From positions 49,505 to 113,504 of the forward strand of contig CACLSR010000001.1 of the NCBI GenBank assembly GCA_902609685.1: a stretch of DNA of 64,000 nucleotides, in the 5' to 3' direction. How positions within the stretch are numbered: position 1 is the stretch's first letter; every line of letters begins with the position of its first letter. Below the pieces are notes generated by a model, which was given only the letters and a program-made list of their open reading frames with translations, did no database searches and was not told the DNA's origin. The stretch is from an uncultured Pelagibacteraceae bacterium. Lineage in GTDB: Bacteria > Pseudomonadota > Alphaproteobacteria > Pelagibacterales > Pelagibacteraceae. The translations under genes and the position numbers were made by a program. Positions 1 to 9,823 of this stretch are shown here, piece by piece.

Positions 1-84
1 TTGAGCATGTACCTCTAATCCAATTACAACTTCATATTGATTATCTTTCCGATTAATCAAATATTCTGTGTTTTTCTTATTCAT
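1..84 (-). CDS. gatB: Asp/Glu-tRNA amidotransferase subunit B, first 28 codons only (gene runs off the window)
   Basis: Reverse complement of 1-84 reads MNKKNTEYLINRKDNQYEVVIGLEVHAQ, which contains the GatB VIGLEVH motif. The ATG at 82-84 overlaps the gatA stop (ATGA). Confidence 0.75.
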   Translation of the reverse strand, partial: MNKKNTEYLINRKDNQYEVVIGLEVHAQ

Positions 85-1538
85 TTAATCCACCAATCAG
101 TGATTTTGTTTTTAAAATTTATTTTCTCCTCCATAGCAAAAGCTATGTTTAATATATTTTGTTCATCAAAAGCTTTACCGATTATTTGTAAACCCAGAGG
201 ATAACCTTTAGTATCGTGTCCTGCAGGAATTGATATACCAGGCAGGCCTGCCAAATTAACTGGTACTGTAAATATATCATTTAAATACATCGAAACTGGA
301 TCATTTGTTTTTTCACCTATTTTAAAAGCTGAGCTAGGTGTTGATGGAGTTAAAATTGCATCAACTTTCTTATATGCTTCATCAAAATCATTTTTGATTA
401 GTTTTCTCACTTTTTGAGCTTTAAGATAGTATGCATCATAATAACCAGATGATAATACATAAGTTCCAATCATAATTCTTCTTTGAACTTCTGCACCAAA
501 GCCTTCAGATCTAGTTTTTTCATACATATCAATTAAATTTTCACCTTTGGCTCTGTATCCATACTTTACACCATCATATCTTGCTAAATTAGAAGATGCC
601 TCTGCTGGAGCAACAATATAATACGTTGGTAAAGCATAACTTGTATGTGGAAGTGATATGTCGATTGTTTCAGCACCACAATCTTTTACGTACTGAATAC
701 CTTTTTGCCAAAGGTCCTCTATTTCTTTAGGCATACCATCAACTCTGTATTCTTTTGGAATACCAATTTTTTTTCCTTTTATATTTTTTGTAAGTTCCTT
801 GCTATAATGATTTCTTTTAAAATTAATTGAAGTAGAATCTTTTGAATCATATGTACTGATTACTTCTTGCAATAAAGCACAATCTTTTACATTTTGGGCC
901 ATTGGTCCTGCCTGATCTAATGAGGAAGCAAAAGCAACTATCCCATATCGTGAGCAACTTCCATATGTTGGTTTTAAACCTACAATTCCAGTAAATGAAG
1001 CTGGCTGTCTAATTGATCCTCCAGTATCAGTACCAATTGTGATTGGAGTTAATTGTCCAGCAACTGCTGATGCTGAACCACCCGATGAACCACCGGGAAC
1101 TAAATTCTTATCAATAGGATTTTGTACGTTTCCAAAATGACTTGTCTCATTAGATGAACCCATTGCAAACTCATCACAATTTAATTTACCCAGAAGTATT
1201 GCACCTTCATTCCAAATATTTTCAGTAACTGTAGACTCATAAGTTGGTACAAAATTATTTAAAATTTTACTACCAGCAGTTGTTTTAACATTTTTTGTAC
1301 AGAATAAATCCTTAACTGCCATAGGTATACCAGGTAATTTTAAATCTAAATTTGGGTTCTGATCAAATTTTTTTGCTTTATCTAAAGCAGGTGCAAAATC
1401 ATCTGTGATATAAGCATTTAACTCACTAGACTTTTCAGACCTTTGAATAAATGCTTTGGTCACATCTGTTGAAGAAAGTTTCTTATTTTTAATATTCTCT
1501 ACTAATTCTGTTAAAGATTGTTTTGTAATGTCTGACAT
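81..1538 (-). CDS. gatA: Glutamyl-tRNA(Gln) amidotransferase subunit A
   Basis: 485-aa ORF with the amidase signature GGSSGGSASAVA. It lies between gatC and gatB with overlapping stop and start codons. Confidence 0.95.
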   Translation of the reverse strand: MSDITKQSLTELVENIKNKKLSSTDVTKAFIQRSEKSSELNAYITDDFAPALDKAKKFDQNPNLDLKLPGIPMAVKDLFCTKNVKTTAGSKILNNFVPTYESTVTENIWNEGAILLGKLNCDEFAMGSSNETSHFGNVQNPIDKNLVPGGSSGGSASAVAGQLTPITIGTDTGGSIRQPASFTGIVGLKPTYGSCSRYGIVAFASSLDQAGPMAQNVKDCALLQEVISTYDSKDSTSINFKRNHYSKELTKNIKGKKIGIPKEYRVDGMPKEIEDLWQKGIQYVKDCGAETIDISLPHTSYALPTYYIVAPAEASSNLARYDGVKYGYRAKGENLIDMYEKTRSEGFGAEVQRRIMIGTYVLSSGYYDAYYLKAQKVRKLIKNDFDEAYKKVDAILTPSTPSSAFKIGEKTNDPVSMYLNDIFTVPVNLAGLPGISIPAGHDTKGYPLGLQIIGKAFDEQNILNIAFAMEEKINFKNKITDWWIK

Positions 1539-1825
1539 TATTCAATTACCTTTGGTACAACAAAATAATCCTCATTATCTTCAGGAGAGTTTTTAATTAT
1601 TTGTTCTCTAATATTTTTACTTTTGATCTCATCAGATCTGAATTTTAAAGTTGTTTCGGCTATTGACGTTAATGGTTTTACATCATCTGTTTTTAATTCA
1701 TTGAGCTTTTCAATAAATTCAAAAATTGAATTCAAATCATCAGCTAATTTTTCTGCCCTTTTTTCATCAACAGAAATTCTTGATAATTTAGATATATGTT
1801 TTATTGTTTTAAGATCTATACTCAT
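1538..1825 (-). CDS. gatC: Glutamyl-tRNA(Gln) amidotransferase subunit C
   Basis: 95-aa ORF of GatC size and composition. It shares nt 1538 with the gatA start. Confidence 0.85.
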   Translation of the reverse strand: MSIDLKTIKHISKLSRISVDEKRAEKLADDLNSIFEFIEKLNELKTDDVKPLTSIAETTLKFRSDEIKSKNIREQIIKNSPEDNEDYFVVPKVIE

Positions 1826-1875
1826 ATGCTATTTAGGTATGACGCAAACTATCATTTAAGTTAAAAATATACAAT

Positions 1876-2331
1876 ATGATCACGTTAGAGGAATTTAAAA
1901 AAAATCACTTAGATAAGTGCAGATTGATAGGCTTAGACCTTGGTTCAAAAAGAATAGGAGTTTCAATTTGTGACGAAAAACAATTAATTGCCACACCATT
2001 TATAACTATAGAAAAAAAATCCTCTCAAAACCTCATAGATCAACTTAAATCAATAATCATCGAAAACAACATAAAGGGAATCATAATAGGGAACCCCTTA
2101 AATATGGATGGCTCTTCTGGCAAATCTTCTCAATCAGTAAAAGATGTTTCTACGTATATTGAAAAAAACATTGATATTCCAATTTGTTTATGGGATGAGA
2201 GACTATCAACTGTTGGTGCATTTAATCTTTCCAGTCAATTAGATGTTAATGTGAGTAAAAGAGAAAAAAAAATTGATGAAAATGCTGCTGCCTTTATATT
2301 GCAAGGAGCAATAGATTTTTTGAACAATTAA
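1876..2331 (+). CDS. ruvX: YqgF/RuvX-family putative pre-16S rRNA nuclease / Holliday junction resolvase-like protein
   Basis: 151 aa with the motif GLDLGSKRIGVS near the N-terminus. Confidence 0.88.
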   Translation: MITLEEFKKNHLDKCRLIGLDLGSKRIGVSICDEKQLIATPFITIEKKSSQNLIDQLKSIIIENNIKGIIIGNPLNMDGSSGKSSQSVKDVSTYIEKNIDIPICLWDERLSTVGAFNLSSQLDVNVSKREKKIDENAAAFILQGAIDFLNN

Positions 2332-2373
2332 TACTTGCTATTATACAACTTTATAGCTATAGAGTTGGTTTTA

Positions 2374-3315
2374 ATGGCAATTAAAACAAATAAAGCTATT
2401 AAAATTTCCCAAAAACATCTGTTAGGTATCCAAGATTTATCTATAAATGATGTTAATCTTATACTTGATGAAGCTCACGATTTTATAAAAGTAAACCAAA
2501 GCAAAAATAAAAAAATTGATGCACTAAGAGGAAAAACACAGATCAATTTATTTTTTGAGCCCTCAACAAGAACGCAAAGTTCATTTGAATTAGCAGGAAA
2601 AAGACTTGGAGCTGATGTGATGTCAATGAATATAAGTAATTCTGCAATTAAAAAAGGTGAAACTCTTATTGATACAGCAATGACACTAAATGCTATGCAT
2701 CCTGACATTATTGTAATAAGACACCAAGACTCTGGCGCATGTAATCTACTTTCTCAAAAAGTTAATTGTGCAGTTTTAAATGCTGGAGATGGAAGAAGAG
2801 AGCACCCTACTCAAGCTTTATTGGATGCTCTGACAATTACAAATCGAAAAAAAAAAATTGAAGGTTTAAGAATTGCCATCTGTGGAGATATCCTACATTC
2901 AAGAGTTGCACGATCTAATATTTATTTACTGAATATGTTAGGAGCAGAAGTAAATATAATTGCTCCCACAAATTTGATGCCGAAGGAAATAGAAAAATTT
3001 GGTGTCAATACATTCACCGATATGAAAAAAGGATTAAAAGATTGTGATATTGTAATGATGTTAAGATTACAAAATGAAAGAATGACAAGTTCTTATCTCT
3101 CATCTAACAGAGAGTATTATGAATATTATGGCCTTACACCAGATAAATTAGAACATGCAAAAGCTGATGCATTAATCATGCACCCAGGTCCAATGAATAG
3201 AGGTATTGAGATAGATACTAATTTAGCTGATGATATCAATAAAAGCGTAATTAAAGAACAAGTAGAACTAGGAGTTGCAGTAAGAATGGCCTGTTTAAAG
3301 ATTTTTTGTACTTAA
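2374..3315 (+). CDS. pyrB: Aspartate carbamoyltransferase catalytic chain
   Basis: Motifs STRT(QSSFE), HPTQ and HPGPMNRG. The ATG at 2374 (MAIKTNK...) is preferred over the TTG at 2335 used by the ORF track. Confidence 0.93.
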   Translation: MAIKTNKAIKISQKHLLGIQDLSINDVNLILDEAHDFIKVNQSKNKKIDALRGKTQINLFFEPSTRTQSSFELAGKRLGADVMSMNISNSAIKKGETLIDTAMTLNAMHPDIIVIRHQDSGACNLLSQKVNCAVLNAGDGRREHPTQALLDALTITNRKKKIEGLRIAICGDILHSRVARSNIYLLNMLGAEVNIIAPTNLMPKEIEKFGVNTFTDMKKGLKDCDIVMMLRLQNERMTSSYLSSNREYYEYYGLTPDKLEHAKADALIMHPGPMNRGIEIDTNLADDINKSVIKEQVELGVAVRMACLKIFCT

Positions 3316-4602
3316 ATGAAAAAACAATATTTTATAAACGCAAATATAATTGACCCACATAATTCAATTAACGAGACAGGTGGTCTTATAATCTCTGAAG
3401 AAGGAAAAATAGAAGCGGTAGGAAAAAAGGTTAATACAAATAATCTTCCTAATAGAGAAAAACCAATTGACTTAAAGGGGAAATATATATTTCCAGGTTT
3501 AGTTGACATGAGAGTATTTGTAGGTGAACCAGGCTATGAATATAAAGAAAATTTTAGAACCTTAAGTAATGCTGCTTTAGCTGGTGGCGTAACTTCTGTG
3601 GTAACAATGCCAAATACTGATCCGATAATAGACAACGTATCTATAGTCGATTTTCTAAAAAGAAGAGGAAGAGATAAATCTCGAATAAACATTTTTCCGT
3701 GTGCATCACTTACAAAAAATATTGAAGGAAGCAATATGACAGAATTTGGTCTTCTGCAAAGTAAAGGTATAATAGCATTTACTGATGGTATTAAAACTAT
3801 TCAAAATCCCAGATTAATGTCTCGGATAATGAATTCTGCAAAAGATATTGGCTGTTTAATAATGCAACATGCAGAAGATTATGAACTTGCAAAAAATGGG
3901 ATGATAAATTCAGGCATTATCGCATCTAAATTAGGATTATCAGGTATTCCTGAGATCGCAGAAAGAATTTTGATTGAAAGAGATCTTACTTTACTTGAAA
4001 AAGTAAAATGCAGATATCATATTTCTCAATTATCATCGCAAAAATCTATTGAAGTGATCAAACATAGGAAAGAAATTGTAAAATTCACATCCGGTGTTTC
4101 GATAAATAATCTCTCTTTAAATGAAAATGATATTGGTGATTTTAGAACTTTTTTAAAACTATCTCCACCTTTGAGGCGTGAGGAAGATAGAATTGCTCTA
4201 GTGGAAGGATTAAAGGATGGATTAATAGATGTGATTGTTTCAGATCACAAACCTGAAGATGAAGAGTCAAAGAGATTAACATTTTCTCAAGCTGCAACAG
4301 GCGCATCAGGTATAGAAACTCTATTATCTTTAAGTTTAGAGTTATATCATAATGGATCTTTAAAATTAGAAACATTAATTAAAGCGCTTACTTCAAATCC
4401 TGCAAAAATTCTCAAAATAGATAAAGGTAACCTCTCCATTGGTAATGATGCAGATTTTTGTGTTGTAGATATAAGTAAACCATGGATTGTAAAAAAAGAA
4501 AAATTGGTTTCAAAATCAAAAAATACTTCAATTGAAGACAAAAAACTCCAAGGTAAGGTCACGAATACATTTGTAAAAGGAAAAGAATTATTTAAGCTTT
4601 AG
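3316..4602 (+). CDS. Dihydroorotase-like protein, probably non-catalytic (PyrC'-type ATCase partner)
   Basis: 428 aa with an amidohydrolase/DHOase-like layout directly abutting pyrB. The metal-binding D-x-H-x-H is replaced by VDMRVFV, and the later H-x-x-H reads HISQ. Confidence 0.8.
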   Translation: MKKQYFINANIIDPHNSINETGGLIISEEGKIEAVGKKVNTNNLPNREKPIDLKGKYIFPGLVDMRVFVGEPGYEYKENFRTLSNAALAGGVTSVVTMPNTDPIIDNVSIVDFLKRRGRDKSRINIFPCASLTKNIEGSNMTEFGLLQSKGIIAFTDGIKTIQNPRLMSRIMNSAKDIGCLIMQHAEDYELAKNGMINSGIIASKLGLSGIPEIAERILIERDLTLLEKVKCRYHISQLSSQKSIEVIKHRKEIVKFTSGVSINNLSLNENDIGDFRTFLKLSPPLRREEDRIALVEGLKDGLIDVIVSDHKPEDEESKRLTFSQAATGASGIETLLSLSLELYHNGSLKLETLIKALTSNPAKILKIDKGNLSIGNDADFCVVDISKPWIVKKEKLVSKSKNTSIEDKKLQGKVTNTFVKGKELFKL

Positions 4603-4603
4603 T

Positions 4604-5182
4604 ATGGATATTTTTTTGATAGGTATCATTTCCTACCTCATGGGCTCGATACCTTTTGGATATATACTTACAAAGATATTTTTAAAAAAAGATTTAAGAG
4701 AAATCGGATCCGGTAATATTGGAGCTACCAATGCTTTGAGAACTGGAAATAAAGGTATTGGTTATTTCACTTTAGTATTAGATATTTTAAAAGCAATTAT
4801 TCCAGTTATTTATGTAAAAATTTTCTACCAAGATTTTTTATATATTGCATCTTTATGTGCCTTTTTGGGTCATGTATTTCCAATTTGGCTTAAGTTTAAA
4901 GGTGGCAAAGGTGTTGCTACCTATGTCGGTATCTTATTTGCTATAAATTTATATTTTGGAATTATATTTTCTATATGTTGGTTTGTAACTTTTTTTATTT
5001 CTAAATTTTCATCTCTATCATCTTTAGTGGCTTCGATATCTATACCAATCTATCTATTAATTTCTATTCAGTTTAATCAGGCAATTTTTTTTACGATCAT
5101 GTTTATCTTGATTTTTTTTACTCACAGAGAAAATATTAAAAGATTGATAAATAAAGAAGAAACTAAGACAAAAATTTATTAA
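4604..5182 (+). CDS. plsY: Glycerol-3-phosphate acyltransferase PlsY
   Basis: 192-aa multi-TM protein with motifs GSGNIGATNA and FKGGKGVAT. Confidence 0.92.
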   Translation: MDIFLIGIISYLMGSIPFGYILTKIFLKKDLREIGSGNIGATNALRTGNKGIGYFTLVLDILKAIIPVIYVKIFYQDFLYIASLCAFLGHVFPIWLKFKGGKGVATYVGILFAINLYFGIIFSICWFVTFFISKFSSLSSLVASISIPIYLLISIQFNQAIFFTIMFILIFFTHRENIKRLINKEETKTKIY

Positions 5183-5218
5183 ATTGACTATCTAAAGCTT
5201 TTGGGTAGTTTGTAGTTT

Positions 5219-7804
5219 ATGAATTTGGTCATTGTAGAAAGTCCTGCTAAAGCAAAAACTATTAATAAATACCTAGGTGATAATTATAAAGTTCTAGCAA
5301 GTTATGGTCATATAAGAGATTTGCCGTCAAAAAATGGTTCTGTCAATCCAGATCAAGATTTTAAAATGGAATGGGAAGTTGATAGTTTTTCAAAAAAATA
5401 TTTAAAAGAAATAACTGATGCAGCTAAAGACTCATCTAAAATTATATTAGCAACTGACCCTGATCGTGAAGGTGAAGCAATTGCTTGGCATGTCAAAGAA
5501 TATTTGAATGAAAAAAAACTTTTAAAAGATAAAGAGATTGAACGAGTTGTATTTAATGAAATAACCAAAAAAGCTGTTATTCAAGGAATTGAAAATCCTA
5601 GGCAAATTGAGCCTTTACTAGTCGATGCGTATATGGCTAGAAGAGCCTTGGACTACTTGGTTGGTTTTAATATATCCCCGATCCTCTGGACAAAACTTCC
5701 AGGTTCAAAATCTGCAGGAAGAGTTCAATCTGTTGCTTTGAAATTAATTACTGAGAGAGAACATGCAATTGAGTCTTTTAAACCTGAGGAATTTTGGACT
5801 TTAAGTATTAAATTTGCTGATACTGCAAATCAAAATTTCACTGCTAGTATTAGTCAACTTGACAACAATAAAATTGAAAAATTTTCATTTAGAAATAAAG
5901 AAGAGATAAATAAAGCCATATCAAGAATTAATAAAAAAAAATTTAGTATAACTGATATTTCTAGCAAAATAGTAAATCGTAATCCCTCTGGACCATTTAC
6001 GACTTCAACTCTTCAACAAACCGCATCGAGTCGACTAGGTTTTGGTGCATCTAGAACAATGCAAATTGCCCAAAAACTTTATCAAGGTATAGAGATGGAG
6101 GGTGAAACAATTGGCTTAATTACTTATATGAGAACTGATGGAACTAATTTATCTAAAGATGCTGTTACAAGTTTCAGAAATTACATCCAAAACGAAATTG
6201 GTAATGAATACTTGCCTAAAGATGTTTTAAATTATTCAGGCAAAAAAGCTAAAAATGCACAAGAAGCTCACGAAGCAATCAGACCTACTGATATTATTAG
6301 AACTCCTCAAAGTGTTAAAAAATATTTAAGTACAGATCAAAATAAACTTTATGATCTTATCTGGAGTAGAGCTTTATCTTCTCAGATGCAGTCTGCTAAA
6401 TTTGATAGAAATACTATCACCATAACGTCAGATAATAATGATACAATTTGTAAAGCCAGTGGATCAGTTTTAAAATTTGATGGTTTCTTAAAGATTTATA
6501 ATAATCAAAGCAAAGATGATGATGAAACTATTTTACCCACTGTGTCTAAAGGGCCTATTAATATCGAGGCGCTAATAGATGAACAGCATTATACACAACC
6601 ACCACCAAGATATTCCGAAGCTAGTTTAGTTAAAAAGCTTGAAGAGCTTGGTATCGGGAGGCCTTCTACGTATGCAAGTATTATTTCTACTATTGCCAAT
6701 CGAGGTTATGCAGAGATATTGAATAAAAGATTTTTTCCTACAGATAGAGGTAAATTAATTTCAGCCTTTTTAGAAAAATTATTCTCAAAATATGTAGATT
6801 ACAACTTTACAGCAGGATTAGAAGATCAACTTGATGAGATCACTACTGGAAAAGAAAGTTGGATTAAAGTTTTGGAACTTTTTTGGAAAGACTTCAATAA
6901 TAATGTTTCGGAAGTGAAAGAAAAAAGAACTAGAGAGGTGTTAGATTTACTCAATGATAGTCTGGGTGAATTAATTTTTGATAAGGATAATGAGGGTAAT
7001 GTAGTAAGAAAATGTCAATTATGTAGTTCTGGAACACTTAGTTTAAAGAATAGTTTCAGAGGTGGCGCTTTTATAGGGTGTTCAAATTATCCAGAATGTA
7101 AATTTACAAGACCCTTATCTAAAGCAAAAGCTGCTGCTCAAGCACAATTAGCTGAACCAAAATTTATAGGAAAACATGAAAATGGAAATGATATATATTT
7201 GAAAAATGGAAGATTCGGCCCCTACCTTCAATACGAGAAAATCCCCTCTGATTTAGAAGTTGAAAAAAATAGTAAGAAAAAGAAAAAAACTAAAAAATTA
7301 AAGTCAGATGTAAATGAACTTTTAAAAAATGTTTCAATACCAAAAGGATTAGAATTAGAGAGTATTAATTTGGAAAAAGCTCAATTTTTATGTTCGCTAC
7401 CTAAATCTTTGGGAATAAATCCAGATAATCAAAAAGACATTACTCTAAACGTTGGAAGATTTGGTCCTTACTTAAAATGTGAAAATAAATCAGCAAGAAT
7501 AGAAAATGTAGAGGAAATATTTTCCATAGGTTTAAATAGAGCAATAACACTAATAGCTGAGGCTAAACCTGGTCGAATGTCCTCTTCTATCATAAAAGAT
7601 TTGGGAGAACATCCTGAGGACAAAAAACCTGTTAGAGTCATGAAGGGTCAGTATGGGCCTTATATAAAATATAAATCACTCAATGCAACTATTCCTGAAG
7701 AAAAAGACCCCACTGAATTAACGATGGAAGAAGCTTTAATATTGATTGAGAAAAGAAAAGAATACGATAAGAGTAAAAAATCAAAAGGTAAGAAAAAAAA
7801 ATGA
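5219..7804 (+). CDS. topA: DNA topoisomerase I
   Basis: 861 aa. TOPRIM start VIVESPAKAKTI, DPDREGEAI, active-site YMRTDG, one Cys4 zinc ribbon and a Lys-rich tail. Confidence 0.96.
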   Translation: MNLVIVESPAKAKTINKYLGDNYKVLASYGHIRDLPSKNGSVNPDQDFKMEWEVDSFSKKYLKEITDAAKDSSKIILATDPDREGEAIAWHVKEYLNEKKLLKDKEIERVVFNEITKKAVIQGIENPRQIEPLLVDAYMARRALDYLVGFNISPILWTKLPGSKSAGRVQSVALKLITEREHAIESFKPEEFWTLSIKFADTANQNFTASISQLDNNKIEKFSFRNKEEINKAISRINKKKFSITDISSKIVNRNPSGPFTTSTLQQTASSRLGFGASRTMQIAQKLYQGIEMEGETIGLITYMRTDGTNLSKDAVTSFRNYIQNEIGNEYLPKDVLNYSGKKAKNAQEAHEAIRPTDIIRTPQSVKKYLSTDQNKLYDLIWSRALSSQMQSAKFDRNTITITSDNNDTICKASGSVLKFDGFLKIYNNQSKDDDETILPTVSKGPINIEALIDEQHYTQPPPRYSEASLVKKLEELGIGRPSTYASIISTIANRGYAEILNKRFFPTDRGKLISAFLEKLFSKYVDYNFTAGLEDQLDEITTGKESWIKVLELFWKDFNNNVSEVKEKRTREVLDLLNDSLGELIFDKDNEGNVVRKCQLCSSGTLSLKNSFRGGAFIGCSNYPECKFTRPLSKAKAAAQAQLAEPKFIGKHENGNDIYLKNGRFGPYLQYEKIPSDLEVEKNSKKKKKTKKLKSDVNELLKNVSIPKGLELESINLEKAQFLCSLPKSLGINPDNQKDITLNVGRFGPYLKCENKSARIENVEEIFSIGLNRAITLIAEAKPGRMSSSIIKDLGEHPEDKKPVRVMKGQYGPYIKYKSLNATIPEEKDPTELTMEEALILIEKRKEYDKSKKSKGKKKK

Positions 7805-8052
7805 AAAAAATATTTATAATTTCAATATTTTTTTTATTTTCCACAAATATACTAATTGCTGATGAACATAAATGTTCTGGGATGAAAAAACTTTCGAAAG
7901 AGTATTTAGCGTGTACAACCAAAAATATTAAAGAAGGTGCTGTCAAAAAGAAAAATCAAGTTAAGGAAGGATCTATAAAAAAAACAAATCAAATTAAAGA
8001 AGGTACAAAAAAAATATTTAATAAAGTTAAAACTAAAATCAAAAAAAATTAA
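7801..8052 (+). CDS. Small secreted Lys-rich hypothetical protein with three 11-aa repeats
   Basis: 83 aa. N-terminal signal-like MKKIFIISIFFLFSTNILIA and a Cys pair, followed by IKEGAVKKKNQ / VKEGSIKKTNQ / IKEGTKKIFNK. The start overlaps the topA stop (ATGA). Confidence 0.5.
   Translation: MKKIFIISIFFLFSTNILIADEHKCSGMKKLSKEYLACTTKNIKEGAVKKKNQVKEGSIKKTNQIKEGTKKIFNKVKTKIKKN
7927..8025 (+). repeat. Three imperfect tandem 33-bp coding repeats inside the small Lys-rich ORF
   Basis: attaaagaaggtgctgtcaaaaagaaaaatcaa / gttaaggaaggatctataaaaaaaacaaatcaa / attaaagaaggtacaaaaaaaatatttaataaa. Confidence 0.5.
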
Positions 8053-8058
8053 TTGATT

Positions 8059-8520
8059 ATGAACTTTGAAGATAAAATTAAAGAACTTAATATACAGCTT
8101 CCTGAAGCGAAAGCACCAGTTGGTAATTATGTTGCAACAAAAATTACAGGAAAAATGTTATTCATATCAGGACAAATTTCTATTGATGATAATGGTGAAT
8201 TAATTAAAGGAAAAGTTGGTAAAGAATTGGATGTCACGGCTGGTTACAATGCTGCTAAGAGATGCGCTTTAAGTATTATTGCCCAAGTTAAAAAAGCCTG
8301 CGACAATGATTTATCAAAAATAAAATCATGTGTGAAATTAACAGGATTTGTAAATTCAACAGATGACTTTATTGATCAACCTAAAGTAATAAATGGCGCA
8401 TCTGATTTGATAGCTTCAATTTTTGGAGACGCAGGTATGCATACTAGAGCTGCTGTAAGCACAAATAGTTTACCATTAGGTGTTTCGGTTGAAGTAGATG
8501 CAATATTTGAGTTAAATTAG
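8059..8520 (+). CDS. RidA/YjgF/L-PSP family protein
   Basis: About 153 aa with YjgF-like length and a C-terminal ...RAAVSTNSLPLGVSVEVDAIFEL. The ATG at 8059 is preferred over the TTG at 8053. Confidence 0.8.
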   Translation: MNFEDKIKELNIQLPEAKAPVGNYVATKITGKMLFISGQISIDDNGELIKGKVGKELDVTAGYNAAKRCALSIIAQVKKACDNDLSKIKSCVKLTGFVNSTDDFIDQPKVINGASDLIASIFGDAGMHTRAAVSTNSLPLGVSVEVDAIFELN

Positions 8521-8524
8521 ATTA

Positions 8525-9823
8525 TTACTTTCCAACGCTGTAATATTTAAATCCTTGGTCTTTAATCTTTGATGAAGAATATATATTTCTCATATCAAAA
8601 ATCATGAACTTCTTACCTTTAACTAAACTTTTAAAATTAATTGATTTAAAATCATTCCATTCAGTATGAATAATTACAAGATCAGCTCCATGAACAGCAT
8701 CTTTTATTGAAGTCTTATTAATTACATTTTTAAACTTCATAAATTCAGTTTTATAACCAGTTGGATCAAAATATTTTATAGTTGCTCCTTTTTTTGATAA
8801 CCATGGTATCATTTTTAAACTTGAGGAATCTCTCATATCATCTGTATTAGCTTTAAATGTAACACCTAAAAAAGTAATTATTTTATTTTTAATTTTCCTA
8901 TTTAAGATTCTATTAATTCTATCTAGTAAAATTTTAGATCTATTTTCATTTGATTTAATCACTGATTTAACCACTGATAAATTTGTTTTAAATTTATCTG
9001 CTGTTGTAATAATGGCTTTTGTATCTTTAGGAAAACAAGATCCACCATAAGCAGGTCCTGCTCTAAGAAATCGACTGCCTATTCTTTTATCCAATCCCAT
9101 ACCTATTGATATATCCTCAACATTAATGTTGGTTTTTTCACATAAATTAGCTATTTCATTAATAAAAGTAATCTTTGTTGCCAAAAAAGCATTAGAGGCA
9201 TATTTAATCAATTCTGCGGCTCTTCTAGAAGTTTGTAAATAAGAAGCACCCTTAGAAATAAGTGGGCTATAAAGATTTTTTAAAATTCTACCTGCTTTTT
9301 TATCATTAGTTCCGATGACGACGCGATCAGGATAAACAAAATCTCTTATTGCTTCTCCTTCTCTTAGGAATTCAGGATTTGAAACAACAGAAAATTTCTT
9401 TTTGCTATTTCTTTTAGATAATATTTTTTCAATTTCATCTCCTGTCGTCACGGGAACTGTTGATTTTGTTATGATAATTTTAAATTTATTAATTGAAGAA
9501 CTTATTTCTTTAGAAACTTTGTAAATTTGACTTAAATCTGCTGAACTGCCGCCTTTTTTTGTTGGTGTACCAACACAAATAAAAATTATGTCTGAGTCTT
9601 TAATTGATTTTTTTAAATCTGTAGAAAAATTTAATTTTTTATTCTTAAAATTCTTTATTACTAATTCTGATAAACCAGGTTCATAAATTGGAATCTTACC
9701 TTTTTTTAGTAAATTTATTTTGTCAACATTATTATCTACACAAATTACATCATTTCCTAAATCAGCAAAACATACTCCGCTTACTAAACCTACATAACCA
9801 GTACCAATCATACACAATTTCAT
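8525..9823 (-). CDS. ugd: UDP-glucose 6-dehydrogenase
   Basis: 432 aa. N-terminal Rossmann motif IGTGYVGLVSG and catalytic GGSCFPKD. Confidence 0.92.
   Translation of the reverse strand: MKLCMIGTGYVGLVSGVCFADLGNDVICVDNNVDKINLLKKGKIPIYEPGLSELVIKNFKNKKLNFSTDLKKSIKDSDIIFICVGTPTKKGGSSADLSQIYKVSKEISSSINKFKIIITKSTVPVTTGDEIEKILSKRNSKKKFSVVSNPEFLREGEAIRDFVYPDRVVIGTNDKKAGRILKNLYSPLISKGASYLQTSRRAAELIKYASNAFLATKITFINEIANLCEKTNINVEDISIGMGLDKRIGSRFLRAGPAYGGSCFPKDTKAIITTADKFKTNLSVVKSVIKSNENRSKILLDRINRILNRKIKNKIITFLGVTFKANTDDMRDSSSLKMIPWLSKKGATIKYFDPTGYKTEFMKFKNVINKTSIKDAVHGADLVIIHTEWNDFKSINFKSLVKGKKFMIFDMRNIYSSSKIKDQGFKYYSVGK

Noticed and set aside
2335-2373. TTG-initiated 13-codon N-terminal extension of pyrB
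   Set aside because: The extension is hydrophobic and unlike ATCase N-termini. The ATG at 2374 gives a conventional start.
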